Shown here: one piece after another, positions 29,927 through 42,812 of the stretch
Layout of the letters: each line of letters opens with the position of its first letter
How positions within the stretch are numbered: the stretch's first letter is position 1
Sequence record: SRR31156797_1045
DNA length: 44,639 bases
Reading direction: 5' to 3' (one strand)
The notes under the pieces: generated by a model
What the model saw: the letters and a program-made list of their open reading frames with translations, nothing else
Databases searched by the model: none
What the model was told of the DNA's origin: nothing
Translations under genes and position numbers: made by a program

Positions 29927-30394
29927 ATGAGTAAAGAAACCCAACTGCAAGTCGAAGCGATCAAAAACGGTACAGTGATTGACCACATCCCTGCAAAAGT
30001 CGGGATCAAAGTGCTAAAGTTGTTTGATATGCATAACTCTCAACAGCGTGTCACTATTGGCTTGAACTTACCTTCTTCAGCACTAGGGCACAAAGATCTG
30101 CTCAAGATCGAAAATGTGTTTATCAATAAAGAGCAGGCAAACAAGCTGGCACTGTACGCACCGCACGCAACGGTAAACCAAATAGAAAATTATGAAGTGG
30201 TTAAGAAACTAGCATTAGAGCTACCAGAGCAAATCAATGCGGTGTTTGCTTGTCCGAACAGCAACTGTATCTCCCACGATGAACCCGTTGAGAGTAGCTT
30301 CCGCATCTTTGAGAAGAAAAATGATATTCGCCTTAAATGTAAGTACTGTGAAAAGGTCTTCTCACGCGAAATCGTCACTGAGCGCGAAGCTTAA
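29927..30394 (+). CDS. pyrI: Aspartate carbamoyltransferase regulatory subunit
   Basis: Motifs [13 protein letters not shown] and the Zn site CPNSNC / CKYCE. Confidence 0.97.
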   Translation: MSKETQLQVEAIKNGTVIDHIPAKVGIKVLKLFDMHNSQQRVTIGLNLPSSALGHKDLLKIENVFINKEQANKLALYAPHATVNQIENYEVVKKLALELPEQINAVFACPNSNCISHDEPVESSFRIFEKKNDIRLKCKYCEKVFSREIVTEREA

Positions 30395-30433
30395 TCAAGC
30401 CTTTACCAATTAAGGTATAAAGGGCAAACTGCT

Positions 30434-30471
30434 AGGGTCTGTTAGCTATTTTAGTTAACAGACCCTTTTTT
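30434..30471 (+). terminator. Terminator after pyrI
   Basis: AGGGTCTGTTAGCT...AGTTAACAGACCCTTTTTT. Confidence 0.8.
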
Positions 30472-30530
30472 ATGTTAATGGCGCCCCGTGCCATTAACTC
30501 TAGACTCGAATAATTAATGGAATAAGTACC

Positions 30531-30920
30531 ATGACAAAAGTTTTGCATACAGATTCTGCTCCAGCGGCAATTGGCCCTTATATCCAAGGTGTTGACCTTG
30601 GTAACATGGTGATGACATCAGGACAAATCCCTGTAAACCCTGCAACGGGTGAAGTGTCTGACGATATCGCAGTTCAAGCTCGCCAATCTTTAGATAACGT
30701 AAAAGCTGTCGTTGAAGCGTCAGGTTTAACCGTAGGTGACATCGTGAAGATGACTGTATTTGTCAAAGACCTGAACGATTTCGGTACCGTTAACGAAGTT
30801 TATGGTAAGTTTTTTGACGAGCACCAAGTAGCTCACTACCCAGCGCGTTCATGCGTAGAGGTGGCTCGCCTACCAAAAGATGTTGGTATCGAAATCGAAG
30901 CGATTGCCGTTCGTAAATAA
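30531..30920 (+). CDS. ridA: RidA/YjgF family enamine deaminase
   Basis: Motifs APAAIGPY, SGQIP, PARSCVEV and IEIEAIA. Confidence 0.9.
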   Translation: MTKVLHTDSAPAAIGPYIQGVDLGNMVMTSGQIPVNPATGEVSDDIAVQARQSLDNVKAVVEASGLTVGDIVKMTVFVKDLNDFGTVNEVYGKFFDEHQVAHYPARSCVEVARLPKDVGIEIEAIAVRK

Positions 30921-30936
30921 CGGATTGATTAAGTAC

Positions 30937-30965
30937 AAAAAAGGGTTGCTGTAGCAACCCTTTTT
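30937..30965. terminator. Bidirectional terminator between ridA and plsC
   Basis: AAAAAAGGGTTGC-tgta-GCAACCCTTTTT. Confidence 0.9.
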
Positions 30966-30978
30966 CAATCCACTCTTA

Positions 30979-31704
30979 TTACTTAGCATTACGCTCTTCA
31001 ACTTCGTTATCGAGGTGCTCAAGTTTCGCTTTCATATCTTCGTAGCAATTGCTTGCCAGCTCGCGAACGGTTTTGTTTTGATACTCTTCAACCGGAACGG
31101 GTGGCAGCATTTCAATGATCACGTGACCATTATCCCAACGATTCAACTTCAAGTTGTGGGTTGAGCTACAAACAATCGGAATAATTGGCACTTCTGCACC
31201 GACAGCCGCATGGAACGCGCCAGTCTTGAACGGTAATAAACCACGGCCACGGGAACGAGTTCCCTCAGGAAACATCCACACAGAAACATCGCTTTGTTTT
31301 ATGCTATCAACCACTTGCTTGATGGTACCTTTCGCTTTCGTTTTGTTAGCTCGGTCAATCAAAATGTTACCGGTTAGCCAGTAAAGCTGGCCAAACAACG
31401 GCATCCACGCCAAGCTCTTTTTACCTACGGTTACCACCTTTGGTGTCACAGCTGAAGATACGGTAAACAGGTCCCAGTTATTTTGGTGGTTAGCAATATA
31501 GATAGCTTGACCACGTTTGTAGGCATCTTCAGGAAGGCGTAATTCCAATTTGATACCAAACACTTTTGACATCGCACCGAACATGCGACCAAAAGTAAAT
31601 ACGTGTTTAGGGTTGCGTGGGCTCAATAAGCAGTAACCACATCCGAAAACAAACATCACTACAGCAAACACGGCTACAGCGATAATACGAAGTAGTGCAA
31701 TCAT
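30979..31704 (-). CDS. plsC: 1-acyl-sn-glycerol-3-phosphate acyltransferase
   Basis: Motifs NHQNNWD, FPEGTRS and PFKTGAF. Confidence 0.93.
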   Translation of the reverse strand: MIALLRIIAVAVFAVVMFVFGCGYCLLSPRNPKHVFTFGRMFGAMSKVFGIKLELRLPEDAYKRGQAIYIANHQNNWDLFTVSSAVTPKVVTVGKKSLAWMPLFGQLYWLTGNILIDRANKTKAKGTIKQVVDSIKQSDVSVWMFPEGTRSRGRGLLPFKTGAFHAAVGAEVPIIPIVCSSTHNLKLNRWDNGHVIIEMLPPVPVEEYQNKTVRELASNCYEDMKAKLEHLDNEVEERNAK

Positions 31705-31729
31705 TTAGCTTCTCCACAGGAGCTACAAT

Positions 31730-31757
31730 AAAAAAGCCGAAATCGTTAGACTTCGGC
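31730..31757 (-). terminator. Terminator after murA
   Basis: The minus strand reads GCCGAAGTC...GATTTCGGC-TTTTTT. Confidence 0.75.
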
Positions 31758-31776
31758 CTATCATTAAAACAAAAAT

Positions 31777-33042
<1,266 letters not shown>

Positions 33043-33051
33043 TCACTAACC

Positions 33052-33306
33052 TTAAAGTGACATCAATTTTTTATCGCGAGCCCACTCTTCTGGAGTGAAG
33101 GCTTTAATAGATACGGCGTGAACATCGTTACGCTGAATGTACTCCATCAAAGGAGCATAAATCAGCTGTTGTTTCTTCACACGGCTCATAGCGCCAAAGC
33201 ATTCATCCACAGCAATTACTTCGTAATGGCTGCCTTCACCTTTTACGTGAATTTCTTGAAGATTCAGTGCTTGATCCAAAATTTCTTTAACTTGTGTGCT
33301 ATCCAC
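33052..33306 (-). CDS. ibaG: BolA-family protein IbaG/YrbA
   Basis: Motifs [16 protein letters not shown] and [13 protein letters not shown], upstream of murA. Confidence 0.9.
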   Translation of the reverse strand: MDSTQVKEILDQALNLQEIHVKGEGSHYEVIAVDECFGAMSRVKKQQLIYAPLMEYIQRNDVHAVSIKAFTPEEWARDKKLMSL

Positions 33307-33309
33307 AAT

Positions 33310-33627
33310 TCACCCCGTTGAATTCTTAACGTGTTGAGCCATCATCTGTTCGACATTGCTCAACTGAAACAGTGTGCGCAGTTGTTCCGGCACAAAACTG
33401 AGCATTATATGACAGTTTTGTTTTTTTGCATGCTCTATTAAATGAATTAACATCACCATTCCGGCTGAGTCGACTCTTTCGACATCCTGCAAAGAAACCT
33501 CAACTTGATTATTCTGAGGTTGCCACTGCTGCAAAGCTTTCCATAAGTGCGGCACCATATCACGATCTAATGGCCCGGTCAGCTTCACTAACTCTGAATT
33601 AGTCAGTTGCCACTGAGGATGGTTCAT
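33310..33627 (-). CDS. mlaB: Mla STAS-domain subunit
   Basis: STAS motif VERVDSAG and position in the operon. Confidence 0.9.
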   Translation of the reverse strand: MNHPQWQLTNSELVKLTGPLDRDMVPHLWKALQQWQPQNNQVEVSLQDVERVDSAGMVMLIHLIEHAKKQNCHIMLSFVPEQLRTLFQLSNVEQMMAQHVKNSTG

Positions 33628-34262
33628 TGTGTTTTGCTCTCAAAACGAATCGGTTGGTTTGATAACTCTTGCAGCTCTTTTGCTACTGCTAAAATACCGT
33701 CTTTGCGAATTTTGCCATTCCACTCAGATTGTTTGCTCGACAACAGGCTAATACCTTCTGCAATCATATCGAATGCCGCCCAGTCACCTGACTTTTCTCG
33801 GCGCAGCTTGAACTCTAACTTAATGTTTGGTCGCGGCGCATCAATAATATCTACTTTAACACTAGAAATGCGGCGGTCTTCTTCCAGCATAGGTTCAGGT
33901 CCGAACTCAATTTCTTGATCGGTGTACTGCGTGAGTACTTGCGCATAGTTGGTCACTAAGTACGCGCGGAATGCTTTGATAAACTCACCAACATCTTCTC
34001 TCTTAGCACCTTTTAAGTTAGGACCAAGGAGTTTTAACGCCGCATATTGTTCGTTGATATAAGGCATTAACTCTTCTTCAACGATCACTTTTAAATAATT
34101 TGGGTCCTGTTGAACCTTTGGCTGTTCGGATTTCAAACGTTGAAAAGAGTGCTCCGCCACTTGTTTCATCATTTGGTAAGGCTCTGAACGATCAATAGTT
34201 TGTGCATTAACCGTCCAAGAAAGCACAAGCATTAAAATTACGCTAATGTATCGCTTCAACAT
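33624..34262 (-). CDS. mlaC: Periplasmic phospholipid shuttle
   Basis: Signal peptide, motif DMIAEGISLL and position in the operon. Confidence 0.92.
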   Translation of the reverse strand: MLKRYISVILMLVLSWTVNAQTIDRSEPYQMMKQVAEHSFQRLKSEQPKVQQDPNYLKVIVEEELMPYINEQYAALKLLGPNLKGAKREDVGEFIKAFRAYLVTNYAQVLTQYTDQEIEFGPEPMLEEDRRISSVKVDIIDAPRPNIKLEFKLRREKSGDWAAFDMIAEGISLLSSKQSEWNGKIRKDGILAVAKELQELSNQPIRFESKTQ

Positions 34263-34264
34263 TT

Positions 34265-34756
34265 CTATTCCTCATCTGCCTTACTATCAGAGCCACCCAT
34301 GCTGTACAGCACCTGCCCAATCAAATCTTCCAGTACCAATGCTGATTTCGTATCTTCAATCAAATCACCATTAACGAGCATCTCTTCATCTTCAAAGATA
34401 AACCCTGGTATAAGGCTAACGTACTGCTCTCCAATCAAACCAGAAGTCAAGATATGAACGCTGGAAGTATCCGGAAATTGGTTATACTGGCTATCAATCG
34501 CCATGCTCACCACAGGTAACAAGCTGTTCTTGTTTAACTCAATCGAGGAAACCCGCCCAACAACGACGCCTCCGACTTTCACGGGTGCTCTTACTTTTAA
34601 GCTACCAATGTTGTCAAATTCTGCGCGCAGAGCATAAGTATCATTCGATCCAAGACCTTTCACGTCAGCGACTTGAAAAATCATTACCAGAATTGCGCAA
34701 ATCCCCGCTAGCACAAAACTGCCTACCCAAAATTCTAGTTTACGAGTTTGTTGCAT
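34265..34756 (-). CDS. mlaD: MCE-domain protein
   Basis: Motifs FDNIGSLKVRAPVKVGGV, TSGLIGEQY and LEDLIGQ. Confidence 0.95.
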   Translation of the reverse strand: MQQTRKLEFWVGSFVLAGICAILVMIFQVADVKGLGSNDTYALRAEFDNIGSLKVRAPVKVGGVVVGRVSSIELNKNSLLPVVSMAIDSQYNQFPDTSSVHILTSGLIGEQYVSLIPGFIFEDEEMLVNGDLIEDTKSALVLEDLIGQVLYSMGGSDSKADEE

Positions 34757-34758
34757 GA

Positions 34759-35550
34759 TTAATTCCCAAACATCAATGCAGTCAATACAAAGTCTAGCCC
34801 TAAAACAGCCAGAGACGAATGCACAACAGTTCTTGTCGTTGCTCGACTGATCCCTTCCGAAGTTGGGATCGCGTCATAACCATTAAACAGAGAGATCCAA
34901 GTGACGGTAATGGCAAACACCACACACTTGATCAAGCTGTTACCAATATCTTCCCCTAGTTCAACCGATGACTGCATCGTTGCCCAGAAGCTACCATGAT
35001 CGATGCCTTTCCATTCAACACCAACCAATTGACCGCCCCAAATACCAACGGCCATAAATATCATCGCCAATAGTGGCATAGAAATCAGTCCAGCCCACAG
35101 GCGAGGTGCGATAACCCGCTTGAGTGGGTCAACGGCCATCATTTCCAAGCTGGATATTTGCTCTGTCGCTTTCATCAAACCAATTTCTGCGGTTAAAGCC
35201 GAACCGGCTCGGCCAGCAAACAACAGGGCTGTCACTACAGGACCTAATTCACGTAATAAAGAGAGAGCGACCATCTGTCCCAGACTGGTCTCGGCACCGT
35301 AATCCACCAGAATAACGTAGCCCTGTAAGCTCAGCACCATACCGATAAACAAACCCGATACGATAATAATCGCTAAAGATTGCACACCAACGCTATACAG
35401 TTGCTTGAGCAGTAATGGAAAATTCTTAATTGGATGTGGACGCCCAAACAAAGCGCCAAAAACCATTAAACTTGCGCGACCAAATGATTCACAAATGGCT
35501 AGAGTTCTGCGTCCCAAATGGCTAATCCATTGCACAACATCAGCCAGCAT
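34759..35550 (-). CDS. mlaE: Mla ABC permease
   Basis: Motif [26 protein letters not shown]. Start set at ATG 35550, overlapping the end of mlaF. Confidence 0.95.
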   Translation of the reverse strand: MLADVVQWISHLGRRTLAICESFGRASLMVFGALFGRPHPIKNFPLLLKQLYSVGVQSLAIIIVSGLFIGMVLSLQGYVILVDYGAETSLGQMVALSLLRELGPVVTALLFAGRAGSALTAEIGLMKATEQISSLEMMAVDPLKRVIAPRLWAGLISMPLLAMIFMAVGIWGGQLVGVEWKGIDHGSFWATMQSSVELGEDIGNSLIKCVVFAITVTWISLFNGYDAIPTSEGISRATTRTVVHSSLAVLGLDFVLTALMFGN

Positions 35551-36346
35551 CAAACAGATCCTTTTCAATAGATTGGTTAACCGGATAACGGAAAGGAACT
35601 GGGCCATCCGCTTCACCATTTAAAAATTGCTGAACGCGGGCGTCCTCAGCTTTATATAATTCGTCAGGCGTTCCTTGAGCAATGACTTTACCATCAGCAA
35701 GTAAATATACCCAATCAGCAATACTCATGACTTCCGGAACATCATGAGAAACCACGACCGAAGTCACTCCTAAAGCTTGGTTTAGATTACGGATAAGCTC
35801 CACCAGCACACCCATAGTGATCGGGTCTTGGCCCACAAAAGGTTCATCGAACATGATCAGTTCTGGGTCTAAGGCGATTGCCCTAGCCAACGCTGCACGC
35901 CGAGCCATACCACCAGAAAGCTCGCTCGGCATAAGCTCAGCAGCACCTCTCAACCCAACCGCTTCAAGTTTCAACAGCACTAAAGTCCGAATCAAAGACT
36001 CATCAAGTTCCGTATGTTCTCGGATAGGAAAAGCCACGTTATCAAACACATTCAGATCAGTAAAAAGAGCACCTGATTGAAACAGCATGCTCATTTTTTT
36101 CCGTGCTTGGTAAAGCTTACTTCGACTCAATGCAGGAATATTGCTGCCATCAAACCAAACCTCTCCTTGCTCTGGCAGTAGTTGGCCACCGATCAAACGT
36201 AAAAGTGTGGTTTTACCAATACCAGAAGGCCCCATGATAGCGGTAACTTTACCTTTAGGGACCTGAAGACTGATGTCATCGAAGATTTTTCGACCTGACC
36301 GGGAAAAGGTCAAGTTATTGATACTAACTAAGTCAGTGTTAGACAT
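35540..36346 (-). CDS. mlaF: Mla ABC ATPase
   Basis: Motifs [13 protein letters not shown] and DEPFVGQDP. Start set at ATG 36346. Confidence 0.95.
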   Translation of the reverse strand: MSNTDLVSINNLTFSRSGRKIFDDISLQVPKGKVTAIMGPSGIGKTTLLRLIGGQLLPEQGEVWFDGSNIPALSRSKLYQARKKMSMLFQSGALFTDLNVFDNVAFPIREHTELDESLIRTLVLLKLEAVGLRGAAELMPSELSGGMARRAALARAIALDPELIMFDEPFVGQDPITMGVLVELIRNLNQALGVTSVVVSHDVPEVMSIADWVYLLADGKVIAQGTPDELYKAEDARVQQFLNGEADGPVPFRYPVNQSIEKDLFDAG

Positions 36347-36717
36347 GGTGGCTATTCGCTGCTGTGTGAGTCTCATCCATGGGATAGGCCATAATAAGCA
36401 TATTGGTTAAAAATTAAAAGCACTGTTCGATTAGTGTAAAGTTATGTGTCTTAAATATAAGCACCTATTTACTAGAGTGTAGCATTGGAACTAAAATTTG
36501 ACTTTTGTTCCAGTTTTAACCGCTATTTTATTGATAGGGCGCTCAATTTTTCATTTTCTTTTATCATCGCCGCGATTCGCACAATTTCTCACTTTATTAA
36601 TCTTTTTACCTGCGACGACTAAAACAATATTTTCAATCTTCGACTTCCCTTTTCACCCCCAACACGTCAAAATTGGCGGTTAAACATTTTAGTCACTCAT
36701 TACGTATAGGAATCATC

Positions 36718-37683
36718 ATGATCGAAGCTGTTGCGTTTCTTATTGTTGGTCTAATCATTCTAGTCTGGAGTGCCGATAAACTGGTATTCGGCTCGGCAGC
36801 ATTAGCACGCAACTTTGGAATTTCCCCTCTTGTTATTGGTATGACAATTTTAGCAATGGGTTCTTCCGCTCCAGAAATGATGGTTTCTGCAACAGCAGCG
36901 CTTGATGGCAAAACAGACACTGCCGTCGGTAACGTCCTTGGCTCCAATATCGCTAACATCGCATTGATTCTGGGTATTACTGCCATTATTAAGCCCTTAT
37001 CAATTAGCTCTCCGGTTCTAAGACGTGAATTCCCATTAATGATAGCCGTGACTTTGCTCGCAGGTGCTATTATGTGGAACAACCACCTTGGTTTCTATGA
37101 AGGCGTTTTACTGTTTGTTTTGTTCGCCGTATTCATTTTAGCCATGCTAAAAATCAGTCGTAACGAGCAAAAAAACAACGACGTTTTACTGTCAGAACAA
37201 GAATCTGAGGTTCCTGAAGGCGTCAGTAATCCAAAAGCACTTATCTGGGTCGTCGTTGGCTTAATTTTGCTACCAATTTCTGCGCAACTATTAGTTGATA
37301 ATGCCGTAGTGATTGCCAAGTTCTTCGGCATGAGTGACCTTGTGATCGGTTTAACCATCATTGCTATTGGTACCAGTCTTCCTGAACTCGCCGCCTCTTT
37401 AGCTGGTGTGTTAAAAGGTGAAGATGATATGGCGGTGGGTAACATCGTCGGTTCAAACGTCTTTAATATTTTAGCGGTAATGGGTATCCCTGGGATCCTT
37501 AACCCATCAATGCTAAGTGAGCATGCTATGGGACGTGACTTCTGGGTGATGCTTGGCGTGTCAATCATGTTGGTGATTATGGCGCTAGGAAAATCACGCA
37601 GCATTAACCGTATTGAAGGTTCTATTTTATTCGTCTCATTTTTGGCGTATCAAATTTATTTGTTTACGAACATGACTGCCTAA
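36718..37683 (+). CDS. yrbG: Ca2+/Na+ antiporter family protein
   Basis: Alpha repeats GSSAPE / GTSLPE and GNVLGSN / GNIVGSN. Start set at ATG 36718. Confidence 0.9.
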   Translation: MIEAVAFLIVGLIILVWSADKLVFGSAALARNFGISPLVIGMTILAMGSSAPEMMVSATAALDGKTDTAVGNVLGSNIANIALILGITAIIKPLSISSPVLRREFPLMIAVTLLAGAIMWNNHLGFYEGVLLFVLFAVFILAMLKISRNEQKNNDVLLSEQESEVPEGVSNPKALIWVVVGLILLPISAQLLVDNAVVIAKFFGMSDLVIGLTIIAIGTSLPELAASLAGVLKGEDDMAVGNIVGSNVFNILAVMGIPGILNPSMLSEHAMGRDFWVMLGVSIMLVIMALGKSRSINRIEGSILFVSFLAYQIYLFTNMTA

Positions 37684-37695
37684 CTGGAGCACAAA

Positions 37696-38670
37696 ATGTC
37701 AGAAAACTTTGACTATCGCAGTGTTGCTCAGCAAGTACTGACAACAGAAATCGAAGCTCTGCAGCAACTAGACCAGTACTTTAATGACGATTTTTGTCGC
37801 GCTTGCGATATGGTAATCGCCAACAAAAACGGAAAAGTTGTCGTTATGGGTATTGGTAAATCGGGGCACATTGGTAAAAAAATTGCTGCCACCTTAGCCA
37901 GTACCGGCACTTCTGCGTTCTTCGTCCACCCAGGCGAAGCCTCTCACGGTGATTTAGGCATGATAGAAACGGGAGACATTGTACTCGCGATTTCAAACTC
38001 CGGTGAGTCAGGAGAAATCCTCTCGTTGTTCCCTGTACTAAAACGCCTCAACAACCGCATCATCAGTATGACGGGTAACCCTCAGTCAAACATGGCAAAA
38101 CTGTCTGATCTCCATTTGCAGATCACGGTACCAAAAGAAGCGTGTCCACTGGAGTTAGCTCCAACGTCAAGCACCACAGCAACACTGGTTATGGGTGACG
38201 CTCTAGCGGTTGCTCTAATGCAGGCACGCGGTTTTACAGCGGAAGATTTTGCTCTTTCTCATCCTGGTGGCGCACTTGGCCGAAAACTGTTACTGAAATT
38301 GTCAGATTTAATGCATTCTGGCAACGATTTACCAAAAGTAAACCCGACCGCTCTAGTTAGAGATGCTCTGCTAGAAATCAGTCAGAAAGGCCTTGGCATG
38401 ACGGCCATTACCAATGAGCAAGATGAACTTATTGGTATCTTTACCGATGGTGACTTACGTCGAATTCTAGACAAGCGCATTGATATTCATACTGCGACGA
38501 TTAGCGAAGTCATGACCACAAACCCAACGGTCGCTTCGCCGAATCTTCTCGCGGTAGAAGGCCTAAACCTGATGCAAGAGAAACGCATTAATGGTTTGAT
38601 GCTAGTTGAGAACGGTACAGTTGTCGGTGCACTCAATATGCACGACTTATTAAAAGCGGGAGTCATGTAA
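37696..38670 (+). CDS. kdsD: Arabinose-5-phosphate isomerase
   Basis: SIS domain (GKSGHIG, HGDLG, HPGG) plus a CBS pair. Confidence 0.95.
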   Translation: MSENFDYRSVAQQVLTTEIEALQQLDQYFNDDFCRACDMVIANKNGKVVVMGIGKSGHIGKKIAATLASTGTSAFFVHPGEASHGDLGMIETGDIVLAISNSGESGEILSLFPVLKRLNNRIISMTGNPQSNMAKLSDLHLQITVPKEACPLELAPTSSTTATLVMGDALAVALMQARGFTAEDFALSHPGGALGRKLLLKLSDLMHSGNDLPKVNPTALVRDALLEISQKGLGMTAITNEQDELIGIFTDGDLRRILDKRIDIHTATISEVMTTNPTVASPNLLAVEGLNLMQEKRINGLMLVENGTVVGALNMHDLLKAGVM

Positions 38671-39227
38671 TGTCACAATCCATCGAGACGTTATACGGAG
38701 AAGTTGATGCTTCGATTATTGATATCGCAAAAGAGATAAAACTCTTAATTTGTGATGTTGATGGTGTCTTCTCCGATGGACTGGTTTACATGGGCAATGA
38801 TGGCGAAGAGTTAAAAACCTTTCATACTCGTGATGGCTACGGTGTTAAGTCACTGATGAATGCCGGTATTGAAGTCGCTATTATTACTGGTCGCCAATCA
38901 AAAATCGTCGAAAACAGAATGAAAGCATTAGGTATTTCGCTGATCTATCAAGGTCAGGACGATAAAGTTAAAGCGTATCAAGATATTTGCCAAAAACTTG
39001 AGATTTTGCCTGAGAATACAGGTTATATTGGCGATGACTTAATTGATTGGCCAGTCATGGAAAAAGTGGCGTTAAAAGTGTGTGTCGCTGATGGGCATCC
39101 ACTATTAGTAAAACGAGCCAATTACGTGACAACAATCAAAGGCGGCCATGGCGCAGTGCGCGAGGTTTGTGATTTGATTCTTCAAGCGCGTAATGAACTC
39201 GACGTACATAAAGGCTTAAGTATATGA
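38670..39227 (+). CDS. kdsC: KDO 8-phosphate phosphatase
   Basis: HAD motifs DVDGV, GDDLID and GGHGAVRE. Confidence 0.95.
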   Translation: MSQSIETLYGEVDASIIDIAKEIKLLICDVDGVFSDGLVYMGNDGEELKTFHTRDGYGVKSLMNAGIEVAIITGRQSKIVENRMKALGISLIYQGQDDKVKAYQDICQKLEILPENTGYIGDDLIDWPVMEKVALKVCVADGHPLLVKRANYVTTIKGGHGAVREVCDLILQARNELDVHKGLSI

Positions 39228-39787
39228 GTTTGTCTCGTATTCTATATACGATACTTTTCTTTGTCGCATCTTGGTCGGCTTACTACCTGATCGACAAAGA
39301 CCAAACTGAGGCTATTCAAGTGGCTCCAAATTTAGAGCTGCCAATGTTTAGCGGCACGAATTTGGATAACATCTCATACAATGAAAAAGGTGTGAGAAGC
39401 TACGTGATCACATCTTCACATTTAGACCATTATGCGCAAAGCGGTAATACCATTTTTGACGCTCCAATTCTGAAAATCTATCAAGAAGGCGTGAATCAAG
39501 AGTGGGAGATCACGGCAAAACGCGGTATTTTATCTAAAGATAACGTCCTCACTCTGTATGATGATGTTATTGCAAAGAATTTACTTGATGATTCTGGTTT
39601 TGATAAGCTCACCACTACAAGAATGAGTATTCATCTCCAGAATCGTGATTTTTGGGCTGATAATCCAGTGGATTTGAATGGTCCCCAATTTGAAACTCGT
39701 GGGCAGGCGATGAGAGGTAACTTTGGTGACCACTCGGCTGTTCTATATAACCATGTACAAGGTAGATATGAAACTCTCACACCTTAG
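39224..39787 (+). CDS. lptC: LPS export protein LptC
   Basis: N-terminal TM helix, beta-rich domain and position in the operon. Confidence 0.88.
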   Translation: MSLSRILYTILFFVASWSAYYLIDKDQTEAIQVAPNLELPMFSGTNLDNISYNEKGVRSYVITSSHLDHYAQSGNTIFDAPILKIYQEGVNQEWEITAKRGILSKDNVLTLYDDVIAKNLLDDSGFDKLTTTRMSIHLQNRDFWADNPVDLNGPQFETRGQAMRGNFGDHSAVLYNHVQGRYETLTP

Positions 39788-40265
39788 TCTTTTAGCTTGC
39801 TTGCTCGCTTCAGGTCAGGCGTTGGCACTGTCTACTGACAGTCAACAGCCTGTCTACATAGATTCAGATAGCCAACAGCTTGATATGAAAAGTAACCGTG
39901 TTACTTTTCTCGGGGAAGTAAAACTCAAGCAAGGCAGTATCAACATTAATGCGGATAAACTTATCGTGATCCGCAATGCCGAAACAGGTCAAATCGAAGA
40001 AATTGAAGGTTATGGAAACGTTGCGACGTTTTCTCAGCTGACAGACGACGGTAAAACCTTGTATGGTGAAGCGAAAGAGCTTTACTACAAGATGATTGCC
40101 GATGAACTGACGATGATTGATAGCGCCAAATTATCTCAGGACGACAGCGAAATACGCGGTAATAAAATTCGCTACCAGATTTCTTCGCAAAAACTGATTG
40201 CTGATAGTAACGGTGGAGGCCGCGTTTCCACGGTACTTCAACCACAAGCAACACAAAAAGAATAA
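39768..40265 (+). CDS. lptA: LPS periplasmic bridge protein LptA
   Basis: Signal peptide MKLSHL..ALA, motifs [11 protein letters not shown] and RVSTVLQP. Start set at ATG 39768. Confidence 0.92.
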   Translation: MKLSHLSLLACLLASGQALALSTDSQQPVYIDSDSQQLDMKSNRVTFLGEVKLKQGSININADKLIVIRNAETGQIEEIEGYGNVATFSQLTDDGKTLYGEAKELYYKMIADELTMIDSAKLSQDDSEIRGNKIRYQISSQKLIADSNGGGRVSTVLQPQATQKE

Positions 40266-40267
40266 CT

Positions 40268-40993
40268 ATGTCGATACTAAAAGCAGAGCACCTGGCGAAA
40301 AGTTACAAAAAACGTAAAGTCGTTTCCGACGTAAGCCTTCAAGTTGAGTCCGGACAAATTGTTGGACTCCTTGGGCCTAATGGCGCAGGTAAAACCACCT
40401 CTTTCTACATGATTGTTGGCTTGGTTGCGCGTGATGAAGGTACGATTAGTATTGATGATCAAGATATCAGTATCTTACCGATGCACAGTCGCTCACGTAT
40501 GGGAATTGGTTATTTACCGCAAGAAGCTTCAATTTTCCGCAAACTTTCTGTGGAAGATAACATCATGGCTGTGCTACAAACTCGTGAAGAGATGACTCGC
40601 GAGCAGAGACAAGATAAATTAGAAGACCTACTCGACGAGTTTCATATTCAGCATATTCGAGCTAGTGCGGGTATGGCACTGTCGGGTGGTGAACGTCGCC
40701 GTGTAGAAATTGCGCGAGCTTTAGCAGCGAACCCGCAGTTCATTTTATTAGATGAACCATTTGCTGGTGTTGACCCTATATCGGTCATTGATATCAAAAA
40801 AATCATTGAGCACCTTCGTGATCGAGGACTGGGAGTTCTGATCACTGACCACAACGTTCGAGAAACCTTAGACGTCTGTGAGAAAGCTTATATCGTAAGT
40901 CAAGGGCATCTCATTGCAGAAGGAACTCCGCAAGAAGTGCTAAACAACGAACAAGTGAAGCAGGTATATCTCGGTGAACAATTCCGTCTATGA
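40268..40993 (+). CDS. lptB: LPS export ABC ATPase
   Basis: Motifs [26 protein letters not shown] and YLGEQF. Confidence 0.97.
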   Translation: MSILKAEHLAKSYKKRKVVSDVSLQVESGQIVGLLGPNGAGKTTSFYMIVGLVARDEGTISIDDQDISILPMHSRSRMGIGYLPQEASIFRKLSVEDNIMAVLQTREEMTREQRQDKLEDLLDEFHIQHIRASAGMALSGGERRRVEIARALAANPQFILLDEPFAGVDPISVIDIKKIIEHLRDRGLGVLITDHNVRETLDVCEKAYIVSQGHLIAEGTPQEVLNNEQVKQVYLGEQFRL

Positions 40994-41035
40994 TTAACTC
41001 ATAGACAATTCTAACAACAAGGTAGTCGTTACTGA

Positions 41036-42499
41036 ATGAAACCCTCATTACAGCTTAAGTTAGGCCAACAGTTAGCTATGACACCACAGTTGCAGCAGGC
41101 AATACGCTTGCTCCAACTGTCGACATTAGATCTGCAGCAAGAAATCCAAGAAGCTTTGGACTCTAATCCCCTGCTTGACGTAGAAGAGTCTGGGGACGAT
41201 CTGTCATCAACTGAAGCAGCCAGCAACAATGAGGAAAAAGAGGCAACTGCTGATATTGTAGATGTTGAGCCGCAAGACAGTTCTGAGCTGATTGAAAAAT
41301 CAGAAATCACCTCCGAGTTAGAAATCGATACCACCTGGGAAGATGTCTACAGTGCCAATACTGGTAGCACCGGTATTGCTCTCGATGACGATATGCCAGT
41401 CTATCAAGGTGAAACGACACAATCGCTTCAAGATTACCTGATGTGGCAACTTGACCTTACCCCATTTAGTGATGTTGACCGTTCAATCGCGATGGCCCTA
41501 ATTGACGCAATTGATGACTACGGTTACCTCACTGTTTCTCTGGAAGACATTCAGGAAAACTTCCAAAATGAAGACGACATTGAACTGGATGAAATTGAAG
41601 CGGTTCGAAAACGCATTCAACAATTCGATCCACTTGGTGTGGCTTCCATCAACTTACAAGATTGTCTGCTATTACAATTGGCAACCTACCCCGATGATAC
41701 GCCTAGGTTAGAGAGTGCAAAACTGATACTCACTGATCATATCGATCAACTTGGTAATCGAGATTACAAACTCATATTGAAAGAGACTAAGCTTAAAGAA
41801 GAAGACTTACGCGAAGTCCTTCAACTGATTCAGCAACTCGACCCAAGACCAGGGAGCCGTATCTCCTCTGAACACGCTGAATACGTGATTCCGGATGTTT
41901 CAGTTTACAAAGAACACGGTAAGTGGATTGTGACCATCAACCCTGACAGTGTTCCTAAGTTAAAAGTAAACCAACAATATGCCAACCTTGGTCGTGGTAA
42001 CAGTGCTGATAGCAACTATATTCGTACCAATTTGCAAGAGGCAAAATGGTTAATTAAAAGCTTAGAAAGCCGAAACGAGACCTTGCTCAAAGTTGCAAAA
42101 TGCATAGTTGAACACCAACGTGATTTCTTCGAATATGGCGAAGAAGCGATGAAGCCGATGGTTCTCAATGACGTCGCGCTTGCTGTGGAAATGCATGAAT
42201 CAACCATTTCTCGTGTTACTACACAGAAATACATGCATACACCACGAGGTATATTTGAACTGAAGTACTTTTTCTCTAGTCACGTCAGCACAGACAATGG
42301 TGGAGAATGTTCATCTACCGCGATTCGTGCCCTGATCAAGAAACTGGTTGCTGCCGAAACACCAGCGAAACCGTTAAGTGACAGTAAAATCGCGGCTCTA
42401 CTTGCTGACCAAGGGATTCAAGTCGCAAGACGAACAATTGCGAAATACCGTGAATCTTTAGGGATTGCCCCCTCTAGTCAGCGTAAACGCCTACTATAA
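41036..42499 (+). CDS. rpoN: RNA polymerase sigma54
   Basis: Gln/Leu-rich region I, HESTISR and the RpoN box ARRTIAKYR. Confidence 0.98.
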   Translation: MKPSLQLKLGQQLAMTPQLQQAIRLLQLSTLDLQQEIQEALDSNPLLDVEESGDDLSSTEAASNNEEKEATADIVDVEPQDSSELIEKSEITSELEIDTTWEDVYSANTGSTGIALDDDMPVYQGETTQSLQDYLMWQLDLTPFSDVDRSIAMALIDAIDDYGYLTVSLEDIQENFQNEDDIELDEIEAVRKRIQQFDPLGVASINLQDCLLLQLATYPDDTPRLESAKLILTDHIDQLGNRDYKLILKETKLKEEDLREVLQLIQQLDPRPGSRISSEHAEYVIPDVSVYKEHGKWIVTINPDSVPKLKVNQQYANLGRGNSADSNYIRTNLQEAKWLIKSLESRNETLLKVAKCIVEHQRDFFEYGEEAMKPMVLNDVALAVEMHESTISRVTTQKYMHTPRGIFELKYFFSSHVSTDNGGECSSTAIRALIKKLVAAETPAKPLSDSKIAALLADQGIQVARRTIAKYRESLGIAPSSQRKRLL

Positions 42500-42522
42500 G
42501 GCCAAACAGAGAAGGAAAGTCT

Positions 42523-42810
42523 ATGCAAATCAATATTCAAGGCCATCACATTGATCTTACCGATTCAATGCAAGACTATGTTCACTCCAAATTCGAAAAA
42601 CTAGAACGATTTTTTGATCATATAAATAGCATTCAAGTGATATTACGTGTTGAAAAATTGCACCAGATCGCGGAAGCTACGCTTCACGTAAATCAAGGGG
42701 AAATCCACGCCACTGCGGACAACGAAAATATGTACGTAGCGATAGATGGCCTGGTGGATAAACTCGTTCGACAACTCAACAAGCATAAAGAAAAGCTAAG
42801 TAGCCATTAA
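42523..42810 (+). CDS. hpf: Ribosome hibernation promoting factor
   Basis: Motifs MQINIQGHH and AIDGLVDKLVRQL, 95 aa, directly after rpoN. Confidence 0.95.
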   Translation: MQINIQGHHIDLTDSMQDYVHSKFEKLERFFDHINSIQVILRVEKLHQIAEATLHVNQGEIHATADNENMYVAIDGLVDKLVRQLNKHKEKLSSH

Positions 42811-42812
42811 CC

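Noticed and set aside
36347..36717. Fur box or sRNA in the mlaF-yrbG spacer, and the 61-aa ORF at 36498-36683
   Set aside because: The region is AT-rich divergent promoter DNA. I found no good GATAATGATAATCATTATC match, terminator or RBS.
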